From the IMG/VR virus record IMGVR_UViG_3300009514_000026, positions 1 to 61,112 of that record: DNA of 61,112 nt, one strand, 5' to 3'. The position numbers and the translations under genes are program-made. The notes beneath the pieces are model-generated. The model saw nothing but the letters and a program-made list of their open reading frames with translations. It searched no databases and was not told the DNA's origin. The number at the start of each line of letters is the position of its first letter. Position 1 is the first letter of the stretch. The DNA comes from a virus (lineage: Duplodnaviria; Caudoviricetes). Below are positions 10,850-21,415 of this stretch, one piece after another.

Positions 10850-11315
10850 GAAGAAACAAACAGATGATGGTATTCTGACTTTTGACGAAGACTCACCACT
10901 CTTTGTCAAAAAGAAGAAGACCAGCACTAAACGAAAACCACGGACAACTAAGACTAAACCTGTTGAAGATATTGTTCCAGTTGAAGAATCCAAGGCAGAA
11001 GAAACTAAACCTAAAAGAAAGCGCACCATACGGAAAAAGAAACAACCAGTAAATCCTAACGTACCTAAGTATGTTATTAAAGGTCCAGAAGACTGTAAAC
11101 ATATATTGCCTGCCTTTAAGAAGATGCTTATTGAAAAGTGGAAACTTCTTGAAAAAGGAAGTAATATGCAAGCTAGTGAAGTAGCAGGCTATATAAGAGG
11201 TGCAGCAATTCTCGCTAAAGAAAAGCGACCGAAAGAATATGCAGAATTTCAAGTACTAATTATGATTGCCAGAAGAATTGCAGAAGAAGAAAATAAGACA
11301 AAACAAAATGAATGA
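10842..11315 (+). CDS. Hypothetical Lys-rich protein
   Basis: 157-aa ORF tightly coupled to its neighbours. Confidence 0.55.
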   Translation: MVRKKQTDDGILTFDEDSPLFVKKKKTSTKRKPRTTKTKPVEDIVPVEESKAEETKPKRKRTIRKKKQPVNPNVPKYVIKGPEDCKHILPAFKKMLIEKWKLLEKGSNMQASEVAGYIRGAAILAKEKRPKEYAEFQVLIMIARRIAEEENKTKQNE

Positions 11316-12024
11316 ACAAAAAATCGCAGAACTAAAATGGTTACGTCAATTATATATTGAAGACCTTAGTAAAATTGTTACATATTATCATAATCCCCGC
11401 CCCCGGGTCGCGCACCCGGGAAAATGGGCAAAACTTGAAAGCGTTGTGGCATTAACAGAAGGAATTAATGAACCACTAATGATTCCACCGACAGACCCAA
11501 ATAGAAAAGTATGGGTATGGAGCGATCAACATTTTTTTCATAAAAATATTATTACTTTTAGTGAACGTCCTTATGACAGCGTTGAACAAATGAATGAATA
11601 CCTAATTGCCAACTATAATGATTATGTTGACGAAAATGATATTTGTATTTGGGTTGGTGATGTTGGTTTCAAAGGCAATAACATTATTAATGAACTTTTA
11701 GATCAATGTAATGGATACAAAATTTTAATTGTTGGTAATCATGATTTTAATGGTAAAAAATTACGTAATTTGAATTTTGATGAAACACATTTAATTTATA
11801 CTGTGGACCATCCAGATGCAAGTATGGTATTCACACATTATCCAATGTATAATATCCCATGGCCTTGGGTAAACATTCATGGGCATTTACATGCATATCC
11901 AAATCCAGATAGTGGACACACGTTACATATTAATGTAAATTGTGAAGTACAGGAATATAAACCAAGGTTATTGGACGACATTATTAAACAAGCAAAAATG
12001 CGAGTAATCGCAGCAGAAATGTGA
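11308..12024 (+). CDS. Calcineurin-like metallophosphoesterase
   Basis: SDQH, VGD, GNHD, FTHYP and HGHLH motifs. Confidence 0.88.
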   Translation: MNEQKIAELKWLRQLYIEDLSKIVTYYHNPRPRVAHPGKWAKLESVVALTEGINEPLMIPPTDPNRKVWVWSDQHFFHKNIITFSERPYDSVEQMNEYLIANYNDYVDENDICIWVGDVGFKGNNIINELLDQCNGYKILIVGNHDFNGKKLRNLNFDETHLIYTVDHPDASMVFTHYPMYNIPWPWVNIHGHLHAYPNPDSGHTLHINVNCEVQEYKPRLLDDIIKQAKMRVIAAEM

Positions 12025-12060
12025 AATTATAAATACTTCAAAACACAACAGAGAAATACA

Positions 12061-12303
12061 ATGAGCAAACACAACCATAGTGCAACTGCACAAGAAATTG
12101 CATATGTAGTAAGCGAAGTAAATAGGTTATCAGAAGAAGAAGTCCGTTCATTATACGGCATTGAATTACTTGAAGGGGGCAAGGTGTTTGACCCAACATA
12201 CAATCAAGAATTTGCAAGTATTGGTGAATGGGCAACATTTAATGTTGAACAAGATGATATAGAATACGAAGAACATTTTTATGGTAAGGAATATGCGGAA
12301 TAA
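12061..12303 (+). CDS. Hypothetical acidic protein
   Basis: 80-aa ORF in the operon. Confidence 0.55.
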   Translation: MSKHNHSATAQEIAYVVSEVNRLSEEEVRSLYGIELLEGGKVFDPTYNQEFASIGEWATFNVEQDDIEYEEHFYGKEYAE

Positions 12304-12842
12304 TGATGTTGTTGGAAGAAATTGAAAACAAAGAAGATAAACAACCTCAATACAAAATATTTTGTGATTTGGATGGTGTCCTTGCTGATTTTGTTAAGGG
12401 CGTAAAAGAAGTACTTAAACTTAATCATGATGAAGATAAGTATGAAATAGACCCAGCATACCGTAAAATTATGTGGAAGGCCGTAGGCGAATATTCACAA
12501 TCTGGTGGAAAGCTTTGGGGCGAACTTGACATGATGCCAGATGCTATGCTATTATGGAACTATATTAGCAAATATCCAGATACTGAAATTTTGACAGCCA
12601 CTGGTGATCCAAAATATGGAGCCGCAGAACAAAAGCGCGGATGGGTAGCAAAGTATCTTGGAAATAATAAAACCAACATTGTCCGCATGGCTAAATTAAA
12701 GGCACAATATGCGGCCCCGGACCATGTATTGATTGATGATAAAGAAAAGGCACTTAATCCATGGATTGAATCTGGTGGTATTGGTATATTGCATACAAGT
12801 GCCACCGATACGATTAACAAATTAAAGAAATTAGGATTATAA
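12303..12842 (+). CDS. HAD-family 5'(3')-deoxyribonucleotidase-like protein
   Basis: DLDGVLADF motif I, ILTA, LIDD motif. Confidence 0.85.
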   Translation: MMLLEEIENKEDKQPQYKIFCDLDGVLADFVKGVKEVLKLNHDEDKYEIDPAYRKIMWKAVGEYSQSGGKLWGELDMMPDAMLLWNYISKYPDTEILTATGDPKYGAAEQKRGWVAKYLGNNKTNIVRMAKLKAQYAAPDHVLIDDKEKALNPWIESGGIGILHTSATDTINKLKKLGL

Positions 12843-12843
12843 T

Positions 12844-13032
12844 ATGGGCATTTTGAGTATTAGTTTATTCGCGATTGTTTGTGCTATTGCCGTGGGTTAC
12901 TGGGCAAGTACATTGGGAAGAAGTTTTCTTGGATGGACAATTATAAGCATGGTTCCACTTATTGGGCCATTTTTAGCATCAATTATTTTATTAATTCTTG
13001 AACAGAAAGCAAAAAATAAAGGAACATTATAA
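12844..13032 (+). CDS. Small two-TM membrane protein
   Basis: Two hydrophobic segments separated by GRSFLGW. Confidence 0.55.
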   Translation: MGILSISLFAIVCAIAVGYWASTLGRSFLGWTIISMVPLIGPFLASIILLILEQKAKNKGTL

Positions 13033-13401
13033 ATGTATACAGCATACGTTCTTACAGATGAATCGCGCCGCCGCTTAGAGGAAAAGTACCCACCTAAATA
13101 TCCAAAGTTTATTGGACATCATATTACTGTTGATTTTGGCGTTCCTGCAGGTGCAGAAGCACCAGAAGAAGCAGAAGTAAAGGTTCTTGGAATCAATGAC
13201 TCTGGTGATGGTTTAGAAGCATTGGTTGTTTCTGTTAATGGTAAAACAAAACGTCCAGATGGTAGCAAATATCATATCACGTGGTCTTTAGATCCTGAAA
13301 GATATTCACCCAAGGATTCTAATGAACTGTTACAAAATTCTTATTGGTATACGATGTCTTTACCAAGAGTGATTGATACGATACCACAAGTATTAAAATA
13401 A
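13033..13401 (+). CDS. 2H phosphoesterase
   Basis: Two HxT motifs (HHITV, YHITW). Confidence 0.7.
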   Translation: MYTAYVLTDESRRRLEEKYPPKYPKFIGHHITVDFGVPAGAEAPEEAEVKVLGINDSGDGLEALVVSVNGKTKRPDGSKYHITWSLDPERYSPKDSNELLQNSYWYTMSLPRVIDTIPQVLK

Positions 13402-13424
13402 AAAGGGGCTAAGTGCCCCTTTTT
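13401..13424. terminator. Bidirectional intrinsic terminator between convergent units
   Basis: AAAAGGGGC-TAAGT-GCCCCTTTTT. Confidence 0.75.
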
Positions 13425-13657
13425 ATTTTATAAAAGTTTTTTAATAACGATTTAAGATATTGTTGATCATTTGCTGTTAATTTATCATGTGCGATATCCA
13501 ATATTTCTTGTGGTGACAAACAACAATTATCATATTGTGGTTCATCAAAAATAAAAGATATTTGTGCACACCAACAATGTATACCAGGGTTGCACTTTAA
13601 TTCGGGTTGTTTCAATTGTTGCTTTAGTGTGTTTAGAATTTCCATTCGTTCATTCAT
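13409..13657 (-). CDS. Cys-rich CWC-type small protein
   Basis: C-x5-CWC...CCLSP. Confidence 0.55.
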   Translation of the reverse strand: MNERMEILNTLKQQLKQPELKCNPGIHCWCAQISFIFDEPQYDNCCLSPQEILDIAHDKLTANDQQYLKSLLKNFYKIKRGT

Positions 13658-13931
13658 CAGGATACCACCCCTTGGGTTTAATTAACCATTTTTGTACTAT
13701 CTCCCAACCTTTTTTGCCGTGTGTAATAGTACAAGCAGAACAATCTTTTCTTTTAACATCAACAGGCGATTCAATAACTGTAAATTTACCAGGACATTTT
13801 AACCAAGCCAAAGGACAATAACACATCAAACAATTTTGGTTAGCGTCCTCATGGCATGGAAAAAATTCACATTCTTTATGTGAAAAGTATTTAAAATTTT
13901 CAGTTTTTACAGTATCTTTTGGTTCTGGCAT
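13650..13931 (-). CDS. Cysteine-rich small (zf-like) domain protein
   Basis: CEFFPCH, NCLMCYCPL, KDCSACTITH. Confidence 0.75.
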   Translation of the reverse strand: MPEPKDTVKTENFKYFSHKECEFFPCHEDANQNCLMCYCPLAWLKCPGKFTVIESPVDVKRKDCSACTITHGKKGWEIVQKWLIKPKGWYPDE

Positions 13932-13934
13932 TTA

Positions 13935-16526
13935 TTAACCACACTTACTTGAACCACAAGAAATACATTTCTTACATCCTTCTGAGAAAACGATTGATTT
14001 ACTTCCACATTCTTGACATGTTTCATCTTCAACCTTTTCACCATCTTTAATATATGATGCTAAGAATTTTTTAATTTGGAATACAAATGTACCAACATAA
14101 GCACTTTCAACTTTATCTAATACAGCCACGATATTTTTGATTAAAACACCATGTCGTAATAGAAAACTGATTAATCTTGCTACTTTGCTTGAGTTTGTAT
14201 CGGAACCAAGCTTTTCGTGTACTTCATCAATGTGTCGTTTAGGAATCTTTTTCTTTCGAGCAAGCTTAAATAAAAGTTCTACTGCTTCATCAGCAGTAAC
14301 ACCTTTTTCATATGCATTTGTTTTTACAAATAACGCAAACGGGCGATTCGGATTGTCTTCATGGTATACAACAGTTAAATACCATTTTCGATTTTCCGCA
14401 CGAATAGTTTTCATTGTTGCGTTAGCGGAATCTGGAAGTTTTACATTTTCCTTGATGATTTCTTCATCATCTGATGTTGCATTTTTTTCTTCTTTAGCAG
14501 AAAGAACGGTAGTCATAATTCCAGATCTATATGTAGTTACACCTTTAACGTAGCCGCTTCGATAAGAATCTAAATAGATATTTTGAAATTTTTCGAATGG
14601 ATAACTTTGTGGAACATTTACTGTTTTTGACATTGCACTGTCAATCCAACGGGCAAACCCTTTTAGATCATTAACATGATCTTCGACAGAAAGATTGGTA
14701 GTAGTCGCTGCCCAATCTGCATTTTCGTCCCATTCACCAAGGCGCTTAAGATATCGCACTCCATAATCTTCACACAGAACTTCTTTTGTTAAACCACGGT
14801 TTTTATCTATTTTATAGACTGTACCATCTTCGGTTGTTCCTTTAAGGATTTCTTCATCGCCTTCTTTTGCGAATTTGAACATTGAAGTAGTATGCCATTC
14901 ACCTTCATACCATTTAGGAGTAACATTCGCAATTTCATCTGGCATAGTATTTACGATTACGGTTCTAATATATTCTGGCATGAAAACAGGTTCAAGGCCA
15001 CCAGACACTACGTTTGCTTGAATTGATGTGTTTCCTGTAGGCTGGATGGATAATAATGAACTATTGCGTATTCCTGTGGTGGTAAGCTTATCCATATATT
15101 CTTTTGGTAGATTTAAACTCTTAACGAAATGTCCATCCGCGTGTTTTTCAGGAATGCATTCACTAAACATGCCTTTTTCTATTGCCAAGTCAATAGAAGA
15201 CATATATGCCTGGCGCGCGATTGTACTCATTACAGTATCACGTAACGCGGCCGCATTTTCAGAACCAAAACGAATCTTTAACATGAACAAAACAGAACCC
15301 CATCCGAGAATACCAATACCAATACGGCGCTTATTGCGCATGGAATTAACATATTCAGGTAATGGTGCATCAGATAGTTCGTTAATATTATCAAGAAAAC
15401 GAACCATAATATTAACATATTTTTTAATACGCGGAATATTAAATCCTGTTCTTGTTTTATTGACAAACTGTGTTAAATTTAATGAAGCAAGGTTACATAC
15501 ACCACCAGGAGCCAAAAATTGTTCTCCACATGGATTTGTAGCATAAATTGTTTCTTTATATGATAATGGACCAAAGTGATTTGCGCGATCCATAAACAGT
15601 ACACCGGGTTCGGCACGGTTATATGTAGATTCCATAATAAGATTCCATAACCATGAAGCCGAAACGGTTTGCGCAATAATAACAGGATATTCCTTTTCTT
15701 CCCACTTCTGTAGATTACCATCCCATTCTTCTTTATATTTTTTGAATGTAGTATCAGGAAATCGTAAGTCCCAAGCGTCGGCCTTTTCAATTTCCTCTTC
15801 TGATGCCTTTTCCTTTTTTAATTCGATAACGCTAAGGACCTTTTCCATAAAAGCATCAGTACAGTTTACAGATACATTAAACTTAGTTAAGCGTCCTGGT
15901 TGTTGTTTAGCAGTAATAAATTCAATGATATCAGGATGCCAGCAATCAAGAATACCCATCATTGCTCCCTTGCGTATTTTTCCTTTGGCTTTTTTATTTT
16001 GTGCTTTTTTACCAGCGCCAGCTGTGATGATTTCAGATGTCTTGTCGAAAATCTCCATATATTTTACTGCGCCCGGCGTTTCTACGCCAATACCATGAAT
16101 AAAAAATCCTCGTGGGCGAATATATGAAAAATTTTCACCCCATCCACCTTCTGATTTTAATGTGAAGGATTGATTACGAACATTATCAAGAATTCCATCT
16201 AAAGAATCAATATCGTGTTTACGTCTTGGTGATACAAAACAATTCATAAGTGTGGTACCTTTCCACTCAGTACCTGCGTTAGAATAAATTCTACCACCCG
16301 ATGTGGCTTTAAAGTCACTTAATAAATCATAAAATTTTAATGTCCATTCTTCTTGTAATTCTTTTGTTTTCTCTACACTAGCAGCCGCGCTGGCGACGCG
16401 AAATAAGGTATCATTGATTGATTGATCATTATGATCTTTATATGTTGAACTCCATACTTCTTCTGAAAATAAATCTTCAAATTTAGTATCAAACATATTG
16501 CGTAAATTGGTTTCAGGGGTTTCCAT
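13935..16526 (-). CDS. nrdJ: Class II (adenosylcobalamin-dependent) ribonucleotide reductase
   Basis: GGRI, NCF, TNPCGEQ, CNLAS, QPTG, SKTVN; C-terminal zinc ribbon ending SKCG; no small subunit gene nearby. Confidence 0.85.
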   Translation of the reverse strand: METPETNLRNMFDTKFEDLFSEEVWSSTYKDHNDQSINDTLFRVASAAASVEKTKELQEEWTLKFYDLLSDFKATSGGRIYSNAGTEWKGTTLMNCFVSPRRKHDIDSLDGILDNVRNQSFTLKSEGGWGENFSYIRPRGFFIHGIGVETPGAVKYMEIFDKTSEIITAGAGKKAQNKKAKGKIRKGAMMGILDCWHPDIIEFITAKQQPGRLTKFNVSVNCTDAFMEKVLSVIELKKEKASEEEIEKADAWDLRFPDTTFKKYKEEWDGNLQKWEEKEYPVIIAQTVSASWLWNLIMESTYNRAEPGVLFMDRANHFGPLSYKETIYATNPCGEQFLAPGGVCNLASLNLTQFVNKTRTGFNIPRIKKYVNIMVRFLDNINELSDAPLPEYVNSMRNKRRIGIGILGWGSVLFMLKIRFGSENAAALRDTVMSTIARQAYMSSIDLAIEKGMFSECIPEKHADGHFVKSLNLPKEYMDKLTTTGIRNSSLLSIQPTGNTSIQANVVSGGLEPVFMPEYIRTVIVNTMPDEIANVTPKWYEGEWHTTSMFKFAKEGDEEILKGTTEDGTVYKIDKNRGLTKEVLCEDYGVRYLKRLGEWDENADWAATTTNLSVEDHVNDLKGFARWIDSAMSKTVNVPQSYPFEKFQNIYLDSYRSGYVKGVTTYRSGIMTTVLSAKEEKNATSDDEEIIKENVKLPDSANATMKTIRAENRKWYLTVVYHEDNPNRPFALFVKTNAYEKGVTADEAVELLFKLARKKKIPKRHIDEVHEKLGSDTNSSKVARLISFLLRHGVLIKNIVAVLDKVESAYVGTFVFQIKKFLASYIKDGEKVEDETCQECGSKSIVFSEGCKKCISCGSSKCG

Positions 16527-16545
16527 CTATATCTCCGTTTTTTAA

Positions 16546-16968
16546 TTATTGTTCTTTTTCAATGGGAAGATGATGTACTTCAACATTGTGTTCTTTAAGA
16601 TACTGAATTCCGTCAGTATTTCGATATACTTCATCATAATATACCGCCGCTACACCTGCGTCTACTAAACGTCGCGCGCATCCAATACAAGGACATGTTG
16701 TTACAAAAACAACACTATCTGTAGCGTTGTTTGGACTACGGATTAATTTACGAAGAGCATTATCTTCTGCGTGTACGACATTGGGTTTTGATTTTCCATT
16801 TTCGTCCTCGCAGTTGTTTTCTTCACCAGGATTAGTTCCATTGTAGCCAATAGCTATGATACTATTGTCTTTGACTATAACACACCCAACTTGTCTACGT
16901 TTACAATAAGATAGGTTTGCGTATACATATGCGGCTTGCATGTGTGCCAATGCGTGTTTTTGTTTCAT
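16546..16968 (-). CDS. dCMP deaminase
   Basis: GYNG, HAE and PCxxC motifs. Confidence 0.9.
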   Translation of the reverse strand: MKQKHALAHMQAAYVYANLSYCKRRQVGCVIVKDNSIIAIGYNGTNPGEENNCEDENGKSKPNVVHAEDNALRKLIRSPNNATDSVVFVTTCPCIGCARRLVDAGVAAVYYDEVYRNTDGIQYLKEHNVEVHHLPIEKEQ

Positions 16969-17091
16969 AGTGAAAAGTATTTTTATTTATTGTTGCTATT
17001 ATTTTTGCCAATGATATCAAAAAATCCTAATATAGTCAACATGTTCAGTAGTAAAAAATTTCAATATTTTAATTTGCCCCTAAATAACTAT

Positions 17092-17295
17092 ATGACATTT
17101 AATGAAAAAGACGCATTGCTATTGTATTTAGAATCAAGACTTTTGGATTTGTGTACCCATATGGAACAGTTTCATGGCGCTTGTAATGTTGGTTTGCTTT
17201 ATGATGGGGTATATGATATTCTAGTTGATATGGAACAGACACTCGAAACACAGATTGAACTGGAACATGCCGAAAAATCTAAAAAAAGTACTTGA
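17092..17295 (+). CDS. Hypothetical protein
   Basis: ATG just after a TAAATA late-type motif. Confidence 0.45.
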   Translation: MTFNEKDALLLYLESRLLDLCTHMEQFHGACNVGLLYDGVYDILVDMEQTLETQIELEHAEKSKKST

Positions 17296-17392
17296 CATAC
17301 TGATAAATATCCTATAAAATCACTATGTGCTCAATGGGCATAGGGGCATTGGGATATCTCAATGTGAATATTCACTTTTCAAGGAGCATTCC

Positions 17393-17668
17393 ATGGAAAA
17401 AGAGATTAATATTGACGAAGTTGTCAAATATCTGTCTCGTGCTTTTTCAAAGGCCACCGTGAAAGCCGTCGATGCAATTGGTTTGCGCGCCCACCGCTTT
17501 AAAGATCAAAAAAGCGATAAGTGGGAATCCACGCCATTGTATGACTATCAGGTAGAATTTTGCTATCTGGTAGACAATATCCAGCGCGGACCACGGTATA
17601 TTGCTACTAAAAGCATCCAACGGGCAAATGAACTAATTGCTGAATTGGAAGCGGAAGGCAGTAAGTAA
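17393..17668 (+). CDS. Hypothetical protein
   Basis: AAGGAG SD before ATG 17393; followed by a terminator. Confidence 0.6.
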   Translation: MEKEINIDEVVKYLSRAFSKATVKAVDAIGLRAHRFKDQKSDKWESTPLYDYQVEFCYLVDNIQRGPRYIATKSIQRANELIAELEAEGSK

Positions 17669-17678
17669 TATATGCCGT

Positions 17679-17709
17679 AAAGAAGTGGGGAACAATTCCC
17701 CACTTCTTT
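17679..17709 (+). terminator. Intrinsic terminator
   Basis: AAAGAAGTGGGGAA-CAA-TTCCCCACTTCTTT hairpin. Confidence 0.65.
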
Positions 17710-17726
17710 CACGCATAAATAGATGT

Positions 17727-18302
17727 ATGCGTGTAAAAGATTTAATATATAATTACGAAACTGGCATAATAGAACCAATAAAACTCCAATGCTCCCAATT
17801 CCTTGAGGAATCTGGCGGCTTGCCCGTGCTTAAATGTTTACCAGAAATCTATGAAGATTTCCAAAAGGTTAAGGTTCGTAAAAGAAAACACACCAACACA
17901 TTTTCAAACATGTTCAATGGTGCTTTTAAGAACGAAATAAACAGTCTGCGGGAACGTTCAATATTTGTCAATGGTTTGGCTACATTTGAACATAATATCG
18001 TGGAAAATATCGAACCATTCTACATTTTCCCCATAAACGGATATAAGTTTCTTTATAGCAAGGAAGTGGAAAATTCAACTGAAAATTATAAACAGGTTCT
18101 TGAGTCAATCCTTGACCAATTAGGTGAAAAATCTGGAAAGGATGTTTTTGCCGATCTACTTAGGTTTACGTATATTTCAGAAAACCTATCTGTTGGTATC
18201 GAATCAGGGGCAGAAATTATAATATATGGGATACCATATTATTACGCTATTCGTGAATCGCGTATAGATAGCTACGATAACCTGTTGACAGCACTCGTAT
18301 AA
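17727..18302 (+). CDS. Hypothetical late protein
   Basis: TAAATA upstream; MRVKDLI start. Confidence 0.6.
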   Translation: MRVKDLIYNYETGIIEPIKLQCSQFLEESGGLPVLKCLPEIYEDFQKVKVRKRKHTNTFSNMFNGAFKNEINSLRERSIFVNGLATFEHNIVENIEPFYIFPINGYKFLYSKEVENSTENYKQVLESILDQLGEKSGKDVFADLLRFTYISENLSVGIESGAEIIIYGIPYYYAIRESRIDSYDNLLTALV

Positions 18303-18352
18303 TGTAGTACTATATACAGATACCAAAATAACAATAATCAAAGGTATGTATT

Positions 18353-18637
18353 ATGGATTCTTTTCTCTTCTCCGTACAATATGTATGGCTGCTCGTTAAT
18401 TACGATAAAAAGGCACAAGAAGTCGCCAAGTGGCTGGCCAATGCTTTTATGTATACAAGTGCCATTCTTTTATCAATTTCTGTGACCGCATCATTACTTC
18501 CGGTAACCTATATTGGATTCTTGTTGGCACACATTATTTGGGCATTCTTTGCATGGAAAATTAAAGATAAACCATTGTTTGCTCAATTTTTATTTTTCAT
18601 ACCCATAGATTTATATGCCATGTATATTAGGTTATAA
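18353..18637 (+). CDS. Small multi-TM membrane protein
   Basis: Three hydrophobic helices. Confidence 0.55.
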   Translation: MDSFLFSVQYVWLLVNYDKKAQEVAKWLANAFMYTSAILLSISVTASLLPVTYIGFLLAHIIWAFFAWKIKDKPLFAQFLFFIPIDLYAMYIRL

Positions 18638-18662
18638 AAACAATAATAAATAGGAGAATACC

Positions 18663-18965
18663 GTGTCAAAAGTTATAGCAGTAAAAACAGTAAGCACCGA
18701 AGAAGTTGTAGCAACAGTTATTAGTGAAGAAGATGAACATTTCATTCTTGAAAAGCCGCGTTCATTGGTAATGCAGCAACATCCAGATGGTAGTGTTTCA
18801 TTAGGCATGTTGCCATTTATGGCAAGCGCAAATAATCCAGAATTTGCAACAGAATCGAATGTGAAGCTGTATAAGAAAGATGTTATGGGTGAAGTGATAG
18901 AAGTACCAGAACCATTGGCGAAAGCATATTTACAGCAGGTTTCTGGTATACAGTTAGTACAGTAA
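18663..18965 (+). CDS. Sm-like fold hypothetical protein of T4-like phages
   Basis: GGAG SD with GTG start; VKTVSTEEVVA...YLQQVSGI pattern. Confidence 0.6.
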   Translation: MSKVIAVKTVSTEEVVATVISEEDEHFILEKPRSLVMQQHPDGSVSLGMLPFMASANNPEFATESNVKLYKKDVMGEVIEVPEPLAKAYLQQVSGIQLVQ

Positions 18966-18974
18966 GGATACAAA

Positions 18975-20006
18975 ATGGCAATCGTAGTTTATAAATGTGA
19001 CGTATGTAAGCGAGAAAAGGAATTTCAACGCAATATTAAAGGGCTTGAAAAAGTTCAACGTTGCACTATTACACATGGTTGTCGTGGAAAATTATTTCAA
19101 ACAGGGGTATTTTCTGATTATATTCGTGCAAGTGCACCTACCCGCGTATTTGGTTTAGATGAATGGAGACAAAGAAAAGTTTTACATAATCATACACAAT
19201 CAATCGCACGCAATGAATGGTTGATTGAACATAATCTTGGAACGTTTCCATCAATTTCTGTATTTGTTAATATTCCAATAGAGGGCAATCTTGAAAATGT
19301 TGAAGAAATTATACCTACTGATACAGTTGTAGTTGATGAAAATAATTTAATATTACGATTTGATCGTTCATGGTCCGGATTAGCACAGTTGGTTGCCCGT
19401 CAATCTGATCCAAATCTTTTGCGTCCATTCACGCGCCAGGTTGCGCCGCCCGTGGAATTACAACAAATTTCAAATAATGGTGAGATTGCCATTGCCTCCC
19501 GCATATCAACTGTTGGTGAAAGTTCAAATATTAGTCTCGTTGCTAGATATTTAACGACACAAAATACGATTGTTAATAAGACATATGATGAAGTAAGTGA
19601 TTCTTTATCTGCTTCGTCTTCGTCTTGGCGCGATTTTGAAAAGGTAGTAATACGAGGAAAAATATATACAATTCGAAGTTTTTCTGGTATTATTCCAGAA
19701 ATGTACGATGAAACAATTGGTTCAGGTTCAACATTTAGATTTACGGGAATTAACGCGTATAGTGATGTTCATCAATTTATCTTTACCCAAATTATGAATG
19801 TTGTTAGAGATATCCAACAAGACGAAGTATACATTCTATTTGCTAATGAACCATTTGATACGGTTGATAAGCTTACCAATCAATATATTGATGTATATGA
19901 CGTAACTGCCACAGAAAATACATTTTCACTTGTATATGATTCTGGTGAATTTTATGCACGCAAGGACATTATACAGACTATTTATCCAGCTATTCGTTCA
20001 GTATAA
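18975..20006 (+). CDS. Hypothetical (probable virion) protein with N-terminal Cys cluster
   Basis: CDVCKR...CTITHGC; WLIEHNLG motif. Confidence 0.55.
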   Translation: MAIVVYKCDVCKREKEFQRNIKGLEKVQRCTITHGCRGKLFQTGVFSDYIRASAPTRVFGLDEWRQRKVLHNHTQSIARNEWLIEHNLGTFPSISVFVNIPIEGNLENVEEIIPTDTVVVDENNLILRFDRSWSGLAQLVARQSDPNLLRPFTRQVAPPVELQQISNNGEIAIASRISTVGESSNISLVARYLTTQNTIVNKTYDEVSDSLSASSSSWRDFEKVVIRGKIYTIRSFSGIIPEMYDETIGSGSTFRFTGINAYSDVHQFIFTQIMNVVRDIQQDEVYILFANEPFDTVDKLTNQYIDVYDVTATENTFSLVYDSGEFYARKDIIQTIYPAIRSV

Positions 20007-20036
20007 TTATAACATATAAAAAAATAAAGAGAATAA

Positions 20037-21365
20037 ATGGAAAGCAAAAAACAAAAGTTGTTGATAGAATTTTTGATATCATCTTCCGATACATTTGCAT
20101 TATGTCAAAACATTGTTGATCCTTCTTATTTTGACCCCGAATTTCGTAATTCGGTGGAATTTATAAAGCAGTACTACAATGATTATAGTACTACACCTAA
20201 TCCACATCAGATAGAAGCAGAATCAAATCAAAAATTTGAAACATATGATATTCAACCAGATGAGATTAAATATTGCGCCAGAGAAATAGAAAAATTTTGT
20301 AAACATTCTGCTATGAAAAAAGCATCTTTAGCAATGCCTCAACTAATTAAAGAAGGCAAGTACGCTGAAGCCGAAGAATTAGTTAAAGGTGCTGTTCTTG
20401 TTTCATTAACGAATGAATTGGGATTGCGTTATTTTGATACCGTAGAAGAACGATTGGAAAGAATGCTTAAAGAAGATCCAACTTTTCCTACTGGTTGGAC
20501 AGGCGTTGATAATGCATTATTTGGTGGTATATCAAGAAAAGAACTATTATTGGTTTCTGCAAATTCAGGTGGCGGTAAGTCAATTACATTGGCGAACTTG
20601 GCATTTAATTTTGCTAATGCCGGCCAAAATGTACTTTATATTTCATTAGAATTGTCCGAAGATGTTGTAGCACAGCGCTTTGACACCATGTTTACTGGTA
20701 TTAGTAGGCGTAACTGGAAAGAACATACAGATGAAATTTCGAAAAGAGTAAAAACTGCAGCCAAAGACGCCGGTGTTATTGATATTATACAAATGCCATC
20801 GGGAACTACTTCTAATCAGATTAGGGCATATTTGAAAGAATTTTATTTGCACTATGATATGACACCAGATCTATTAATTCTTGATTATCTTGATAACATG
20901 TCACCTAATGAACATGTGTCTGCGGACAATGTTTTTGAAAAGGATAAGAGAAGTTCAGAACAATTACGTCAGATTGGCGTAGATTATAATATGTTTATTG
21001 CTACTGCATCGCAGCTAAATAGAAGTGCAGTAGGTGCTGTAGAACATAACCACAGCCAAATTGCTGGTGGTATTAGTAAAATTAACGTTGCTGACGTTTA
21101 CTGGTCAATTATTATGACCGAAGAAATGCGAGCAATGGGCAAAATTGTTTTCATCCTACAAAAGACACGAAATAGTGATGGACTTGGAATACAGGTACAT
21201 CTTAGGTGGGATGGAAAATACTTGAGGATTGTTGACGAAGATGGTGATGAACCAGCTCCATTGATCTTCAAGAAAAAAGAATCCAATGAATCATCTGATA
21301 TCGTTGATTCGGATAAACCTACAGGTGATAAGCTGACTAGTATGCTCAGTAGTTTCACCATGTGA
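20037..21365 (+). CDS. Replicative DnaB-family helicase (T4 gp41-like)
   Basis: ANSGGGKS, YISLELSE, ILDYLD, TASQLNR. Confidence 0.92.
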   Translation: MESKKQKLLIEFLISSSDTFALCQNIVDPSYFDPEFRNSVEFIKQYYNDYSTTPNPHQIEAESNQKFETYDIQPDEIKYCAREIEKFCKHSAMKKASLAMPQLIKEGKYAEAEELVKGAVLVSLTNELGLRYFDTVEERLERMLKEDPTFPTGWTGVDNALFGGISRKELLLVSANSGGGKSITLANLAFNFANAGQNVLYISLELSEDVVAQRFDTMFTGISRRNWKEHTDEISKRVKTAAKDAGVIDIIQMPSGTTSNQIRAYLKEFYLHYDMTPDLLILDYLDNMSPNEHVSADNVFEKDKRSSEQLRQIGVDYNMFIATASQLNRSAVGAVEHNHSQIAGGISKINVADVYWSIIMTEEMRAMGKIVFILQKTRNSDGLGIQVHLRWDGKYLRIVDEDGDEPAPLIFKKKESNESSDIVDSDKPTGDKLTSMLSSFTM

Positions 21366-21415
21366 TAAATAACAATATGCATGTATAAAAATTATAACCA
21401 TAGGAGAATATACAA

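Noticed and set aside
13935-16526. Intein or intron in nrdJ, uvsX or the helicase
   Set aside because: Lengths and motif spacing are normal; no intein termini or frame breaks.
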